Assembly (NCBI RefSeq): GCF_002105155.1
Contig: NW_019029000.1
Span: forward strand, 558,001 to 622,000
Direction of reading: 5' to 3'
From: Lobosporangium transversale
Lineage: Eukaryota
DNA: 64,000 nucleotides
This document shows, one piece after another, positions 51,067-62,319 of this stretch. A program made the position numbers and the translations under genes. Position 1 is the first letter of the stretch. Every line of letters begins with the position of its first letter. The notes beneath the pieces were generated by a model that searched no databases, was not told where the DNA came from, and worked only from the letters and a program-made list of their open reading frames with translations.

Positions 51067-54000
51067 TATTTGACGCATTGTCGGTGGTGATACTTAGAAG
51101 CTTGTCACCAATTTTAAATCGATCGATGACCTTAGCCAGAGATTCCGCTAAGTTCTCACCTGTATGCGCTCCATACAATGGCTCAAATCCAATGACCAGC
51201 TCTTGTTGGCGCCAGTCATGATCAATCCAGTGAGCTGTTACCCCCAGGAAGTTGTCTTGGAAAGGGCTTGTCCAGCCATCAACGGTCAGTGATACCTTGT
51301 TAATATCCTCAAATAAGCTTATGACTTGATGCTCCATGTATTGGTATTTTAGCTTAGCCTATTTTTAATCCATCTTTTTGTCAGTGTTTGGCTGATGTTT
51401 GTTATAAAAAAAAAATAATAATTGAAGAGTAATAATAATAATAATAATAATCATAATCATAGTAATAATAGTTTTATCTTGGTTGCCATGGTGTCATCAG
51501 ACGGTAGCTTTACTTGAGATGCTGTAGCCATTGTAGCATGGACTAGAAGCTCCTGGAGAGCAGTGCTTTTGACAATCGTAAATGGCTGCTTTGTTGTGAT
51601 AACGAATCGGACAAGCAATTCGTCAAATCTCGTAGGGTCAAATACTTTTGGCTGAGAAAATGAATTAAGCATCTTGTCCATCGGGCCTTGCTTGGAGAGA
51701 CTGCCATCATTGGCATTGCTATCTTTAGTGATGCGATGTACTCGCCACAGATGCTGGATGACCCCTGAAGTTGACATATTCGATGAACCAAAGGTTTTCC
51801 CGCAGCTAGGGTAACAGCAGCGCATACCAGAGCCACTCTTAGTTTTAACACGCTCGGCCCACTTGTTCTTCAGTGACCACGCCCAGCTTCGGTTGATCGC
51901 CGTACTGCTTGCCACGCTGGAGCTTCCCACGCTCCTCGTCACTAAGCTCTCATTCATCACGCTGCCGCTCATCACGCTCTCCATATCCATATCGTTGTCA
52001 GGTGCGTCAAAGCTGGCAGACATAGAAGTGTTACCAACGTCATAAACCTTAAGTTCATGTATGATAAAATTGCAATGGAGGTATTAATTTAAACATTAAG
52101 GTTAAGGTTTTTCCTTCTTTTCTTAATACAAAGTAATATGGTAAATGTAATCAATATATACTTCTTCTTCTTCCTCCTCGATAATTCGACGACGTCGTTT
52201 ACTCATTTTAAGAGATGTTTTGGGCTGAATTGAGATAATGCATGAAAAGGAAAAGAGAGAAAAAAAAAAAAAAAAAAAAGGAAAAGGAAAGGAAATGAGG
52301 CGAACTGAAGCGAATGCAAACACATTTGTTGTCCTGATGCCGCAGTTGAGTATTTAAGTATAACGCACCAGATATCTCGCACTCGTTGTTAGGCTTTATT
52401 TTCTATAAACATGTGTTTTAACCTTATCTTCATGGTAATATTTTTCTTAATCCACGATTTAAATCCACATTTTGATTAAGAGTGCCGTGAGAAAAAATTT
52501 ATAAAAATTTTAATCGGTATATCAATGTATCGAATGATTCGGTATATCAAATGAATTGAATCGGTACAATCGAGGCACCGAATGATTCGGTTTACCGAAT
52601 GCATCGAATATTCGATACATTCGATTCGGTTTCGACAATATATATTCATTCGGTTTCGATTCGATATGAACCTTACCTTGGTCAATTCGATTTCGGTTCG
52701 AAGGTGTATTGAATCGAATGTACCGATTAGGAGCACTGATTTCAGGCGGCGGCCGTGCTGGAACTCTGGGCCCTAAGGCCTCTGGCGATGGAATGTATTT
52801 TTTAAAACGGTCCACATGGAACACATCATGGATCTTCATCGTATTTGGAAGTTCTAATCGGAATGATACAGGCGAGATTTGTTCGACAATGGTATGAGGC
52901 CCAGCGAATAATGCTCAGAGCTTTTCCGTCGGCCTGTTCTTATCAGCGTCAACGGTGATATCATCTGTGCTGAGTAGTACCTGGTCTCCAACAGTAAATG
53001 AGTGATCACGTCGGCGAGCATTTGCGCCTCTTGCCTGCCTCTCTCTTGCTTCTTCCATGGCTTCCTTTGCCAACGTAAGCGCCGCGCTTTGGGACTCCAA
53101 AAACTCTTTCACACTAGGGTTTGATGATGTGTGGTTGGTAGGTTGTAGAAGAGATGCTGGGACACGCGGGTTAAAGCCAGCATTCAAGAAAAAAGGTGAA
53201 AATCCAGTGGACGCGTTAACCGAGTTGTTGTAGGCAAATTCAGCAGCGGAAAGCAATAGGTCCCAATTGGTTTGTCGTTGATCTACAAACGCACGAAGGA
53301 TTGTTTCCAATGTCTGGTTGGCGCGTTCGGTCTGGCCATCTGTCTGCGGATGAAATGCTGTGGACAAGACGAGTTTGCAGCCCATGAGCCGATGGAGTTC
53401 TTGCCGGAACTTGCTAGTGAATTTTGTATCACGGTCCGAGACGATGGTTGTAGGCATGCCATGAAGCCTGAACACGTTGTCAAAGAAGATCCTAGCCACA
53501 TCTGAAGCCTTGTCTTTGGTGGTGCTAGGCACAAAATGCACCTGCTTGGGGAATTTATCAACAAATACTGTGATGGCGTCGAAACCTCTAGGAGTCTTGG
53601 GAAGCTTGACAATAAAATCCATCGTCACAGTACTCCAGCGTTCTTTGGGGATCGCGAGGGGATGGAGCAGGCCTGCAGGGCGTTGTCGGCTAGGCTTGTT
53701 GCGTTGGCAGCTTTCACAGGTTTGGATATAATTGCGAGTATCGCGAGCGATCCTGGGCCAGAATACATAACGACGAAGGATATCATAGGTCTTATCGAAT
53801 CCGAGATGTCCGGCTATAGCGGAGTCGTGAGCGTCGTGGAGAAGGGTAAGACGAATATCAGACTTCTGCGGAATACAGACTAGGTTTGTTCCGCGACGCC
53901 AAACATATAAAAGTCCATCATGTAACGAGTAGCGAGGCGGAGGACATTTCTCAAGGCAGAATTTATAGATCATGGAGAGCTTTGGATCATCAGCGTAACT

Positions 54001-55570
54001 CTCAATCAGGCGCTGCTTCAGGTTCGGCTCTAGTTCGACCACAAGTGAGTTGACGGCGACAGATTGTAGATCTTGGTGATCTGGTCGTCGCGAAAGTGCA
54101 TCTGGGACGATGTTGTCCGGTCCACGCTTGTACTTGAAATCAAAATCATATTCCTGAAGTAGCTCCATCCAGCGCACTTGTCGTCGCGTTAGTTTAGGCT
54201 GTGTTGGGAAGTGGCGTAACGTACAGTGGTCATCAAAAGTCATTCAATGAATTAGGAATTTCGACATTCTCATTCCTTTCTCCAATTTGATCTTGCTTGT
54301 CGCTAATGAAACTTACGTAGCGAGTTTGACCATCGACAACGTCACTCCTACTACAATGTCAATGAGCTCCTGTTGCTAATTGAAAATTTAGATGAATGCC
54401 AATTATTGGCATCTCATTGAATGACATTTGAAGAAAATCAGCAGCTTTGCTTTATTTGTTTTTTTTTTCTGTTCTTCAGCAATGTGTACGAGATCCTTTC
54501 ATGCGATGTAGCTCCTCTACCCTTCGTGGCATACTTTCATATAGCTCATCAAGGAAGTCAGGTAGAATAGATGTCCAGATATCCTGTAGTCTTTCCCATA
54601 GTTCATCCGATCCTTTGGTACCTTCTCATATCCCTTGAGCCGCTGATCCATGTAGGCCCATACATTTTCGATAGGGCTGAGGTCAGGAGAATTTGGAGGC
54701 CACTCCAAAGTGGTAATGTGTGACTTAATTAAGAACTCTTTAACCATCCTATTCGTATGAGCACTTGCATTGTCCTGCTGAAAAATTAACTTTTCAGGGT
54801 CCTGGCCATACCACTTCCATGAGCCGAGGACATAATCTTGTAGAACATCAACATATAAAGAGGAATCAACTGTGACAGGGATCCTGCAACCATCGCCTAC
54901 ACCATGATAAGTGATACAGCCCCACCACATAAGTTTGTTATGTGCTCCCCTTGATCTCTCTCTAACATCTCGATCTTCTAAAGTCCTGTGGCCGGGTCGC
55001 CTATATTGTGTTCTTCCTCCTAAGGACCCTAGCCTTTCAAAAAGCTTTTCGTCCGAGAACATCACTCGCTTCCAGTCATCAACAGTCCAGTCAAGGTGGT
55101 TGAGGGCAAAATTCTTCCTTTTCGCAATCTGCATTTTTGTCAGCCTAGGCTTGAATGGGCGGCCATAGTTTTTCAAACCCTCTGATTTTACATAGCGTCG
55201 GGCAGTCTCTACACTGACATGCACTCCATGGCTCGATCTGATGTATTCTTGAACTGCCAGAATGGATCTAAGTTTCCCCGTATCAACCTCGCGTGCAATA
55301 ACCCTCTTGGTAGCAGGGGAAACCAATGAGGGTCTGCCCATTCTGGGTTTATGCAAAAGTCAAGGTAGTGTTCTAGGGGGATCTAAGGGTGCAATAAAGG
55401 TATCTTTATTCAGGGGGAACTATGCTACAGAACTAGATAGAAAAGTAGACCTATTTATACTAGTTAATATCCTGTTGCAAGGAATGCTCTAGAAATATGG
55501 GCGAAATACTATGTTGCACAAAATTATTATAGTGATTTCGCTTGCATCCTTCCCGTCATGAAGAAACCTA

Positions 55571-58500
55571 TTATCTTGTTTTTCTTGAAGCCTCAAAGAC
55601 GGCAAGCGCCTCTTTAGCGTTTGCGAGCGAAGATTTTGTTTCCCAAGTGGCTTCATCTAATGGATAGCCTTTCCAAAGAACGAGCCACTTAGGAGTTTTG
55701 CCAAACATTTTGAAGTCAATGATTTTGTCGACTTCATACTCCTCTTCTCCATCTACAAGCTCGGGGGCAGGGCGTGGTGGTAAGCGGTCGCCGAATTCAC
55801 GAGGTGACTCAATATAGGGGCGAAGCAGATCGGCATTAAAGACTGGATGCTGATGCATGTCAGGCGGTAGTTCCAGCTTGTAGGCATTTTCATTGACCTT
55901 CGAAATGATCTTGTAAGGGCCTATGTACTCAGGTTCCAGTTTCTGCGACGGCCTATTTTTATGTCCCGCGACAGAGATGTTTTCCGAGCTTAAGAGCACC
56001 ATGTCACCCACAGCAAACGTAGCAGGCCTGCGAGTTTTGTCCGCTTGGGCCTTTTGCCTATTCTGCGCTTCGATGATGGCATCCTGAGCTAGCGCCAAAT
56101 TCATCGACTGGGTTCGAACAAAATCACTGACAGCCGGAACATTGGTATCAGGTGGCTTTAAAAGAGATCCAGGGACTAGTGGATGGTGACCATAGTTCAG
56201 AAAGAATGGGGAGAAGCCTGTCGTAGGATTGACAGAGTTGTTGTATGCGAACTCCATCATAGGCAGTAAAAGATCCCAGTCGTTTTGCTTGTACGATATG
56301 TAAGAGCGGAGCATTTCTTCTAATGTTCTGTTGGCGCGCTCTGTTTGTCCGTCTGATTGTGGATGGAAGGCAGTAGACATGTTAAGTTTGGTGCCCATGA
56401 GCTTCATCAACGTTGTCCAGAACTTGCCGGTGAAACGTGAATCTCTGTCTGACACAATTGTCCGAGGCATGCCGTGCAGTCTAAAAACATTGTCGAAAAA
56501 GAGTCGTGCAACATCAGAGGCAGTGTCGGTAGTTCGGCTAGCGCAGAAATGAACTTGCTTGGACAGTTTGTCCACAAAGACCGTAATCGCGTCAAAACCT
56601 CTGGCTGTCTTCGGAAGCTTGACAATGAAGTCCATTGTTACAGTATCCCATCGTTGGCTTGGAATTGCCAAAGGTTGGAAAAGCCCTGCAGGAGGCTTTA
56701 GTGAAGGCTTGTTACGCTGGCATTGCTCACAGGAAGCAATGTATTTTTTTATATCCCTCGCCATGCGTGGCCAAAAATATGTTCGTCGCATGCTACTGTA
56801 CGTTTTATCGAATCCCAAGTGGCCTGATATAGGAGCGTCGTGAGCGTCATGCAAGAGTTGTGAACGGAGTCCGTCGTCCTTGGGTATGCAGAGGCGAGGG
56901 CCTTGTCCAGCGTTGATCCAGAGTAGACCATCCACCACGAAGTAACGATCCGAGGTAGAGGCATCCTTATACTGATGCACGAGGGGACCTAGAATTGGAT
57001 CGTGTAGGTAGCAACTGGCTAGTTGTTTTCGAATGCCAGGGTCTAGATTGATATCCAAGGAGTTCAAAGTAGTAGGTGTAGCCTCCAAGTCCTTGAGGTC
57101 CGGTCTTCGTGAAAGAGCATCAGGGACGACGTTATCTTTACCAGGTTTATACTTGAATACGAAATCATACTCTTGAAGCAACTCCATCCATCTTGCTTGT
57201 CTGCGAGTCAAGTTCGGCTGGCTAGGAAAATGTTGTAGAGTGGCATGGTCGGTATAAACGACAAAGTGAGAACCATCAAGGTAGTATCGCCATGTCTTCA
57301 GAGCATGCACCACAGCCAGCAGTTCTTGTTCGTGTGTAGGATAGTTGCGTTCCGCTGGGTTGAGCTTACGTGAAGTAAAAGCTACTGGTCGTGATTCACC
57401 ATTTTGGTCCGTCTGGAACAGGACAGCACCAATTGCAAAGCCTGAAGCGTCTGTTTCGACTGCTGTAGAGAGGGCAGGATCGAATATCCTAAGAACTGGT
57501 GCTGAGCTCACTGCTCTTTTCAAAGTCTCAAAGGCGTCTTGTTGAGATTTTCCCCAGTGGAATTCCTTATTGGAGCCTAACAATTGTGTGAGGGGAAGAG
57601 CAATATCAGCGTAATGAGAAATGTACTGATGGTAAAAATTAGTCAAACCAAGGAATTGCATCACATGTCGTTGGGTTGTTGGTACTGGCCATTCCCTTAT
57701 TGCCTTGACAAGTCCGCCATTCGTCTTGAGTCCATCCTTGGATATGACATGGCCTAGGAACTCAGTCTCTTCCTGCATGAAGGAACACTTGGATAATTTA
57801 CAATAAAGCCCAGCTTGACGCAAGAGGGAGAGTACTTGTCGGATGTGCTCTAAGTGATCTTTCTCGTTATCGGAGTAAATTAAAATATCATCGAGATACA
57901 CAACAACACATTTATCAAGAAGTGGATCAAGTACGTTACGCATCATAGTCGAGAACGCTGCAGGTGCATTTGTAAGACCGAAAGGTACGACGTTAAACTC
58001 GTAGTGGCCATAGCGAGTTCGGAACGCGGTCTTGTGTTTATCATCAGGATGGACACGCATTTGATGATAGCCCGAGAGTAGATCCAGCTTGGTAAAACAT
58101 TTAGCTGTTCTGAATCTGTCGATCAATTCATCGATCCGTGGTAAGGGGTACCTGTTTTTCTTTGTGATCTTGTTCAGGCCCCGATAATCAACACACATTC
58201 GAAGCGAGCCATCCTTTTTCTTCACAAAGAGGACTGGAGCACCGTATGGCGAGGTGCTCGGTGAGATTAATCCTTTTTGTAAAAGATCAGTTAGCTGCTT
58301 CTTCAGTTCATCAAGCTCAGCGATCGACAATCTGATGACAGGTCGGACAGGTGGGTCAGCATAAGGGTCAGTCTCTATACGCATGCTATCACCTCTGTCA
58401 GGGGGAAGGCCATCGGGAAGTGTTGTAGGAAAGACATCAGGGAATTCGACTTGAACGATTTGCTTGATAGAGTCCGGTAGTTCAGAACTACTGCTAGAGA

Positions 58501-59410
58501 CAGGTACTGGAACTCGAACTTGGGCGAGGAATACAGAGGCATCAGGTTCCGAGGCAACGGTAAGGAAGTTAAGAGCAGATATGACGGAAGATCGCTGTCT
58601 AGGCTTCCTGTCGATGCCAGTGCAAGGCCACAAGACCGGGGTACCTTGGTATTCAAAATGCAGATCATTTGTTCGCCAATTGATGCGAGGGTTGATATCC
58701 GTCAGCCATGGTTTACCCAAAATTAGGTCGTATTTGGATAGAGGATAAACAATGGCGTTGATTTTATCCTGATACGCGTTGCGCGCGAGGGTGAACGTGG
58801 CTGTGTGCTGAGCAATTGTCTCGGTACCGTTGGGAAGAATGACAGGAATGGGTCTACCCTCAATTAGCGGAACATGTGTGTTCTCGCAGAAAGAGGAACT
58901 TATGACATTGCCTTCGGCCCCTCCATCTACAAGAATGCGCGCAGGTCGACCATTCACTGCTCCAATGAAAGTAAGAAGTCGGCGAGAGTTTTTATGTTTG
59001 TCATAGGTAAGGCTGAAGGATTGAAGGCGAATTTCGTTACGACAATGGGAGTGGCGATTGGATGAACTAGGGGTAGATGAATGAGTGGAAGTGAGTGAAG
59101 TGGAAACAGTGAAAGGATCAGTGGAGGGGAAAATAGGGTCGGAGAGGGGATTGTTTTTTAGCAATGAGGAATGAGTAGGGGAATGGGGATCAGGATGAGG
59201 TGAATACTTAGAGAGTAGATGTAAGGAAGTAGATGCAGTGGGAGCAATAGAGTGATCAGAAAGGGGCATGGATGTTATATTTGTGCACAAAGGATTTTTA
59301 TTTGTAGTCATCAACTGTAACTGACCATGCCCTCTATTATCCAGGGCTTGAAGGCTGGGGCTAGAGGGGGCGAGGCAGGCCTGGTTTACTGCTCGCCCTC
59401 CTCTTTTCCC
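55571..59410 (-). CDS. pol: Chromovirus B Pol (protease-RT-RNaseH-integrase-chromodomain), reached by -1 frameshift
   Basis: LVDGGA protease, YLDD, ETDAS, HDAH..H..CEQC zinc finger, DDE core with PQSDGQTER, GPY, and an EEYEVDKII..KGY chromodomain. The frame is open back to the slippery site. Confidence 0.93.
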   Translation of the reverse strand, partial: GKRGGRAVNQACLAPSSPSLQALDNRGHGQLQLMTTNKNPLCTNITSMPLSDHSIAPTASTSLHLLSKYSPHPDPHSPTHSSLLKNNPLSDPIFPSTDPFTVSTSLTSTHSSTPSSSNRHSHCRNEIRLQSFSLTYDKHKNSRRLLTFIGAVNGRPARILVDGGAEGNVISSSFCENTHVPLIEGRPIPVILPNGTETIAQHTATFTLARNAYQDKINAIVYPLSKYDLILGKPWLTDINPRINWRTNDLHFEYQGTPVLWPCTGIDRKPRQRSSVISALNFLTVASEPDASVFLAQVRVPVPVSSSSSELPDSIKQIVQVEFPDVFPTTLPDGLPPDRGDSMRIETDPYADPPVRPVIRLSIAELDELKKQLTDLLQKGLISPSTSPYGAPVLFVKKKDGSLRMCVDYRGLNKITKKNRYPLPRIDELIDRFRTAKCFTKLDLLSGYHQMRVHPDDKHKTAFRTRYGHYEFNVVPFGLTNAPAAFSTMMRNVLDPLLDKCVVVYLDDILIYSDNEKDHLEHIRQVLSLLRQAGLYCKLSKCSFMQEETEFLGHVISKDGLKTNGGLVKAIREWPVPTTQRHVMQFLGLTNFYHQYISHYADIALPLTQLLGSNKEFHWGKSQQDAFETLKRAVSSAPVLRIFDPALSTAVETDASGFAIGAVLFQTDQNGESRPVAFTSRKLNPAERNYPTHEQELLAVVHALKTWRYYLDGSHFVVYTDHATLQHFPSQPNLTRRQARWMELLQEYDFVFKYKPGKDNVVPDALSRRPDLKDLEATPTTLNSLDINLDPGIRKQLASCYLHDPILGPLVHQYKDASTSDRYFVVDGLLWINAGQGPRLCIPKDDGLRSQLLHDAHDAPISGHLGFDKTYSSMRRTYFWPRMARDIKKYIASCEQCQRNKPSLKPPAGLFQPLAIPSQRWDTVTMDFIVKLPKTARGFDAITVFVDKLSKQVHFCASRTTDTASDVARLFFDNVFRLHGMPRTIVSDRDSRFTGKFWTTLMKLMGTKLNMSTAFHPQSDGQTERANRTLEEMLRSYISYKQNDWDLLLPMMEFAYNNSVNPTTGFSPFFLNYGHHPLVPGSLLKPPDTNVPAVSDFVRTQSMNLALAQDAIIEAQNRQKAQADKTRRPATFAVGDMVLLSSENISVAGHKNRPSQKLEPEYIGPYKIISKVNENAYKLELPPDMHQHPVFNADLLRPYIESPREFGDRLPPRPAPELVDGEEEYEVDKIIDFKMFGKTPKWLVLWKGYPLDEATWETKSSLANAKEALAVFEASRKTR

Positions 59411-60357
59411 GACTCAGAAAGCGTATGGTCATTGTTTTCTATATTAAAGACAGAGGTGCGTTGGCATTGTTCGGCTCTATGACCTCGGTTCCGGCATCTG
59501 AAACAACGCCCCTCACGAACGCAACGTTCTCGTTCAGCTGCTGTGAGCTTGGGTAGCGAGCTTGGCTTGGAGTGGTTTCTGTTTGGTCGTTGCTGATGGA
59601 GAGAGGTGTACAGGTTGGCAACCAACATTCTCATGTTATCGAGATCCATTGGTGTAGGGCCAGAATTATTCTCATGATGGGGTGATAAGGCGTTCGGGGT
59701 AGCGGATACAGGGGTGGCATCGATGGGATGTAGAATACTGTGGACAATGGTCGCCTGCTCAATGGCATCGTCCAACGTCTCTGGCTGTCTAAGTCTTACC
59801 TGCTTGCTTGTTTCGGGCTCAAGGCCTAGCATGTATTTTTGCAAAGCAGAGTCTTTGTCGAGATTTGTAGCCAGACGTAGGTGGCTTCTAAACTTGCTCG
59901 TATATTCTGCCACACTCATCCTTCCCTGACGAAGTTTATCCAACGCTCGGCGAGCTGCATTCGCAGAATCTGGAGGGGTGAACTGACGGAGGAATGCTTT
60001 ACGGAAGTCAGCCCAAGGTGTATCGAGATTCAACCCGGAATCTCTCCACCATGCCTTGGCTTCGCCATTGAGACTGAGGACAGCGTATCGAACCCATTTG
60101 GATGGCGTGAGTGTGACAATAGTGTAATACTCCTCCAGGCTGTCGACAAAGTTTAAGGCTGCAACAGCGTTAATAGCTCCTTCGTAAGGCGTAGGCTTCT
60201 GTGGCTTTAGGACCGTGGCGAGGGTTCTGGCTAGGTCATTCTCAGCGGCTTCGTTGGCTTTAGCAGTAGAGAGGGCCTGATTAAAAGCAGTAGCTATGGC
60301 TTCGCGAATGTTCAGAGGAAGATCGATGGACGAAAGGGCGTTATTCAAGTGTTCCAT
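59386..60357 (-). CDS. gag: Chromovirus B Gag
   Basis: Retrotransposon gag core (LNGEAKAWW, LRQGRMSVAEYTSKF), PTPMDLD and CCHC knuckle CFRCRNRGHRAEQC. Confidence 0.93.
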   Translation of the reverse strand: MEHLNNALSSIDLPLNIREAIATAFNQALSTAKANEAAENDLARTLATVLKPQKPTPYEGAINAVAALNFVDSLEEYYTIVTLTPSKWVRYAVLSLNGEAKAWWRDSGLNLDTPWADFRKAFLRQFTPPDSANAARRALDKLRQGRMSVAEYTSKFRSHLRLATNLDKDSALQKYMLGLEPETSKQVRLRQPETLDDAIEQATIVHSILHPIDATPVSATPNALSPHHENNSGPTPMDLDNMRMLVANLYTSLHQQRPNRNHSKPSSLPKLTAAERERCVREGRCFRCRNRGHRAEQCQRTSVFNIENNDHTLSESGKEEGEQ

Positions 60358-60410
60358 GGCGAGGGGTGAAATTCAATGGTAATTGTAGTTCTCTGGGTGT
60401 GGTCGTGGTT

Positions 60411-60423
60411 TCCTTTGCTACCA
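60411..60423 (-). promoter_or_regulatory. Primer-binding site of chromovirus B (probably initiator tRNA-Met)
   Basis: TGGTAGCAAAGGA begins 1 nt inside the 5' LTR and resembles the complement of eukaryotic tRNAi-Met 3' ends (...GCUACCA). Confidence 0.7.
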
Positions 60424-61099
60424 ATGCAAAAGTCAAGGTAGTGTTCTAGGGGGATCTAAGGGTGCAATAAAGGTATCTTTATTCAGGGGGAACTATGCTA
60501 CAGAACTAGATAGAAAAGTAGACCTATTTATACTAGTTAATATCCTGTTGCAAGGAATGCTCTAGAAATATGGGCGAAATACTATGTTGCACAAAATTAT
60601 TATAGTGATTTCGCTTGCAGTTTAGGAATATTGTCCATGACGTCCCTCCTGATCCTTATTGCCGATGAAATAGAGATACCAAGTTGCCTTGCCACTTCGC
60701 TTGTAGACTTCCCTTGTCGAAGTAAGGCCTGAGCATTTTGTACCTTTTCCATAGAAAGCGTCCTCATAATAAATACTAAACGATGTGGAATGTTAATTGT
60801 AAGTAGAGGTGTATGAAGATATAGCTGAAGGTAATCTTGGTAGAAAAAAGAGAAGTGAAAAAGTTTTTTTTGCAATCAACATTGAAATTCAGCAGAAGTC
60901 ATTCAATAGGCAGGTCAAATTGAAATTGGTTTTATTTCACAATGAAGTCATAATTAGGAATGAGACATGAAAGTAATCATGAGGTGTGGGGAACAAATGC
61001 ACTACCCCAAATATACTAGCCACATGCTAGATGAGAATGAAGAAAAGGAATGAGAATGTTAAAAATTCAAAATCATTGAATGACTTTTGATGACCACTG

Positions 61100-62319
61100 T
61101 ATTATCCAAGTTGAATTCCCTGACGTCTTTCCTGACTCACTTCCTGCAGGTCTTCCGCCAGATCGCGGTGACTCTATGAAGATTGAAACAGACCCCAACG
61201 CAGATCCACCTGTTCGCCCTGTGATCCGTCTCTCCATCGCTGAACTCGACGAGCTGCGTAAACAGTTGGATGAGCTCTTAGCTAAAGGATTTATTAAGCC
61301 TAGCACATCACCTTATGGCGCTCCCGTCCTTTTCGTCAAAAAGAAAGATGGGTCACTTCGTATGTGTGTCGATTACCGTGGTTTGAACAGAATCACACGA
61401 AAGAACCGTCATCCACTTCCGCGCATCGACGAGCTTATCGACCGCTTTCGGAATGCTAAATATTTCTCGAAACTAGACTTGATGTCAGGTTACCATCAAC
61501 AACGGATTTTTGATGCACACACTCATAAGACAGCATTTCGTTGCAGATTTGGCCACTATGAATTTAATGTTGTTCCATTTGGTCTTACTAATGCCCCTGC
61601 TTCGTTCTCCACCATGATGTCACAAGCTTTGAGTCCATTGTTGAATAAATGTGTAGTACTTTACCTGGATGACATCCTGATTTACTCCAAGAATAAGAAT
61701 GAACACCTGGCCCATCTTCGCAGCGTACTCTCCCTCCTCCGGAAGAACCGTCTCTATGCTAAACTTAGCAAGTGCTCCTTTATGCAAGAAGAAACTGAAT
61801 TCCTAGGGCATGTTGTTTGTAAAGACGGCATCAAGACAAGCGCGGGTCATGTCAAGGCTATCAAAGAATGGCCTCGACCCACCAAACAAAGGGATATCCA
61901 ACAGTTCATTGGCCTTGCTCAGTTCTATCAGCCGTACATCCATGACTTCACTACTATTGCCCTACCCTTGACAGCTCTCTTGAGTGACGGTGCTGCGTTC
62001 TCTTGGGATGAGGAAAAAGAGCGCGCATTCGCTGCCTTGAAGAGCGCCATCACCAAGGCCCCGGTACTTAGGATATTCGACCCTGACCTGCCCACAACAG
62101 TAGAAACAGACGCCTCAGGATTCGCCATAGGAGCTGTGTTGTTTCAAACAGATGAACACGGTGAGTCCCGGCCCGTAGGGTTTACATCCAAGAAACTTAG
62201 CCCTGCCGAGAAGAACTACCCAACACACGAACAGGAGCTGCTAGCTGTCGTACATGCACTCAAAACATGGCGCTACTACCTCGATGGCACACATTTCGTC
62301 CTATACACCGATCATGCTA
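61100..62319 (+). pseudogene. pol: Inverted RT-RNaseH segment of chromovirus A pol
   Basis: IIQVEFPDVFP..YGAPVLFV..YLDD..ETDAS..YTDHA on the + strand, whereas the contiguous pol sequence on both sides is on the - strand. Confidence 0.92.

Larger units (their letters stand above)
48068..52206 (-). pseudogene. hAT transposase (intron-containing), interrupted by Tc1-A
   Basis: BED finger (W..CCYPSC..STSGVIQHLWRVH), LTVDGWTS, HTGENLA, TTDNASN|MSKM split at the Tc1 TA, PCLGHIINL, TRWNST, and the dimerisation domain (TSTPAERCFS..RNSL). Confidence 0.9.
47643..52738 (-). mobile_element. hAT-superfamily DNA transposon inserted in chromovirus A pol
   Basis: 15-bp TIRs CAGTGCTCCTAATCG / CGATTAGGAGCACTG. 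8-bp TSD ATTTCAGG (47635-47642, 52739-52746). Subterminal arrays of ATCGA/CGAAT motifs at both ends. Confidence 0.95.
55352..60619 (-). mobile_element. Ty3/gypsy chromovirus B, full length and apparently intact (5268 bp)
   Basis: 195-bp LTRs (55352-55546, 60425-60619) identical by eye, TG..CA ends, 5-bp TSD GTTTA, PBS and PPT present. Confidence 0.96.
54224..61099 (-). mobile_element. Tc1/mariner element B, copy 1 (1603 bp net), interrupted by chromovirus B
   Basis: 27-bp TIR CAGTGGTCATCAAAAGTCATTCAATGA, TA at 54222-23 and 61100-01. The transposase is split at DNIPK|PRMGRP by the LTR element. Confidence 0.93.

Noticed and set aside
49408..51090. Two identical small ORFs MRQANVTTHHY... on opposite strands
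   Set aside because: They lie within the two TIRs of Tc1-A and are an artefact of the inverted repeat.
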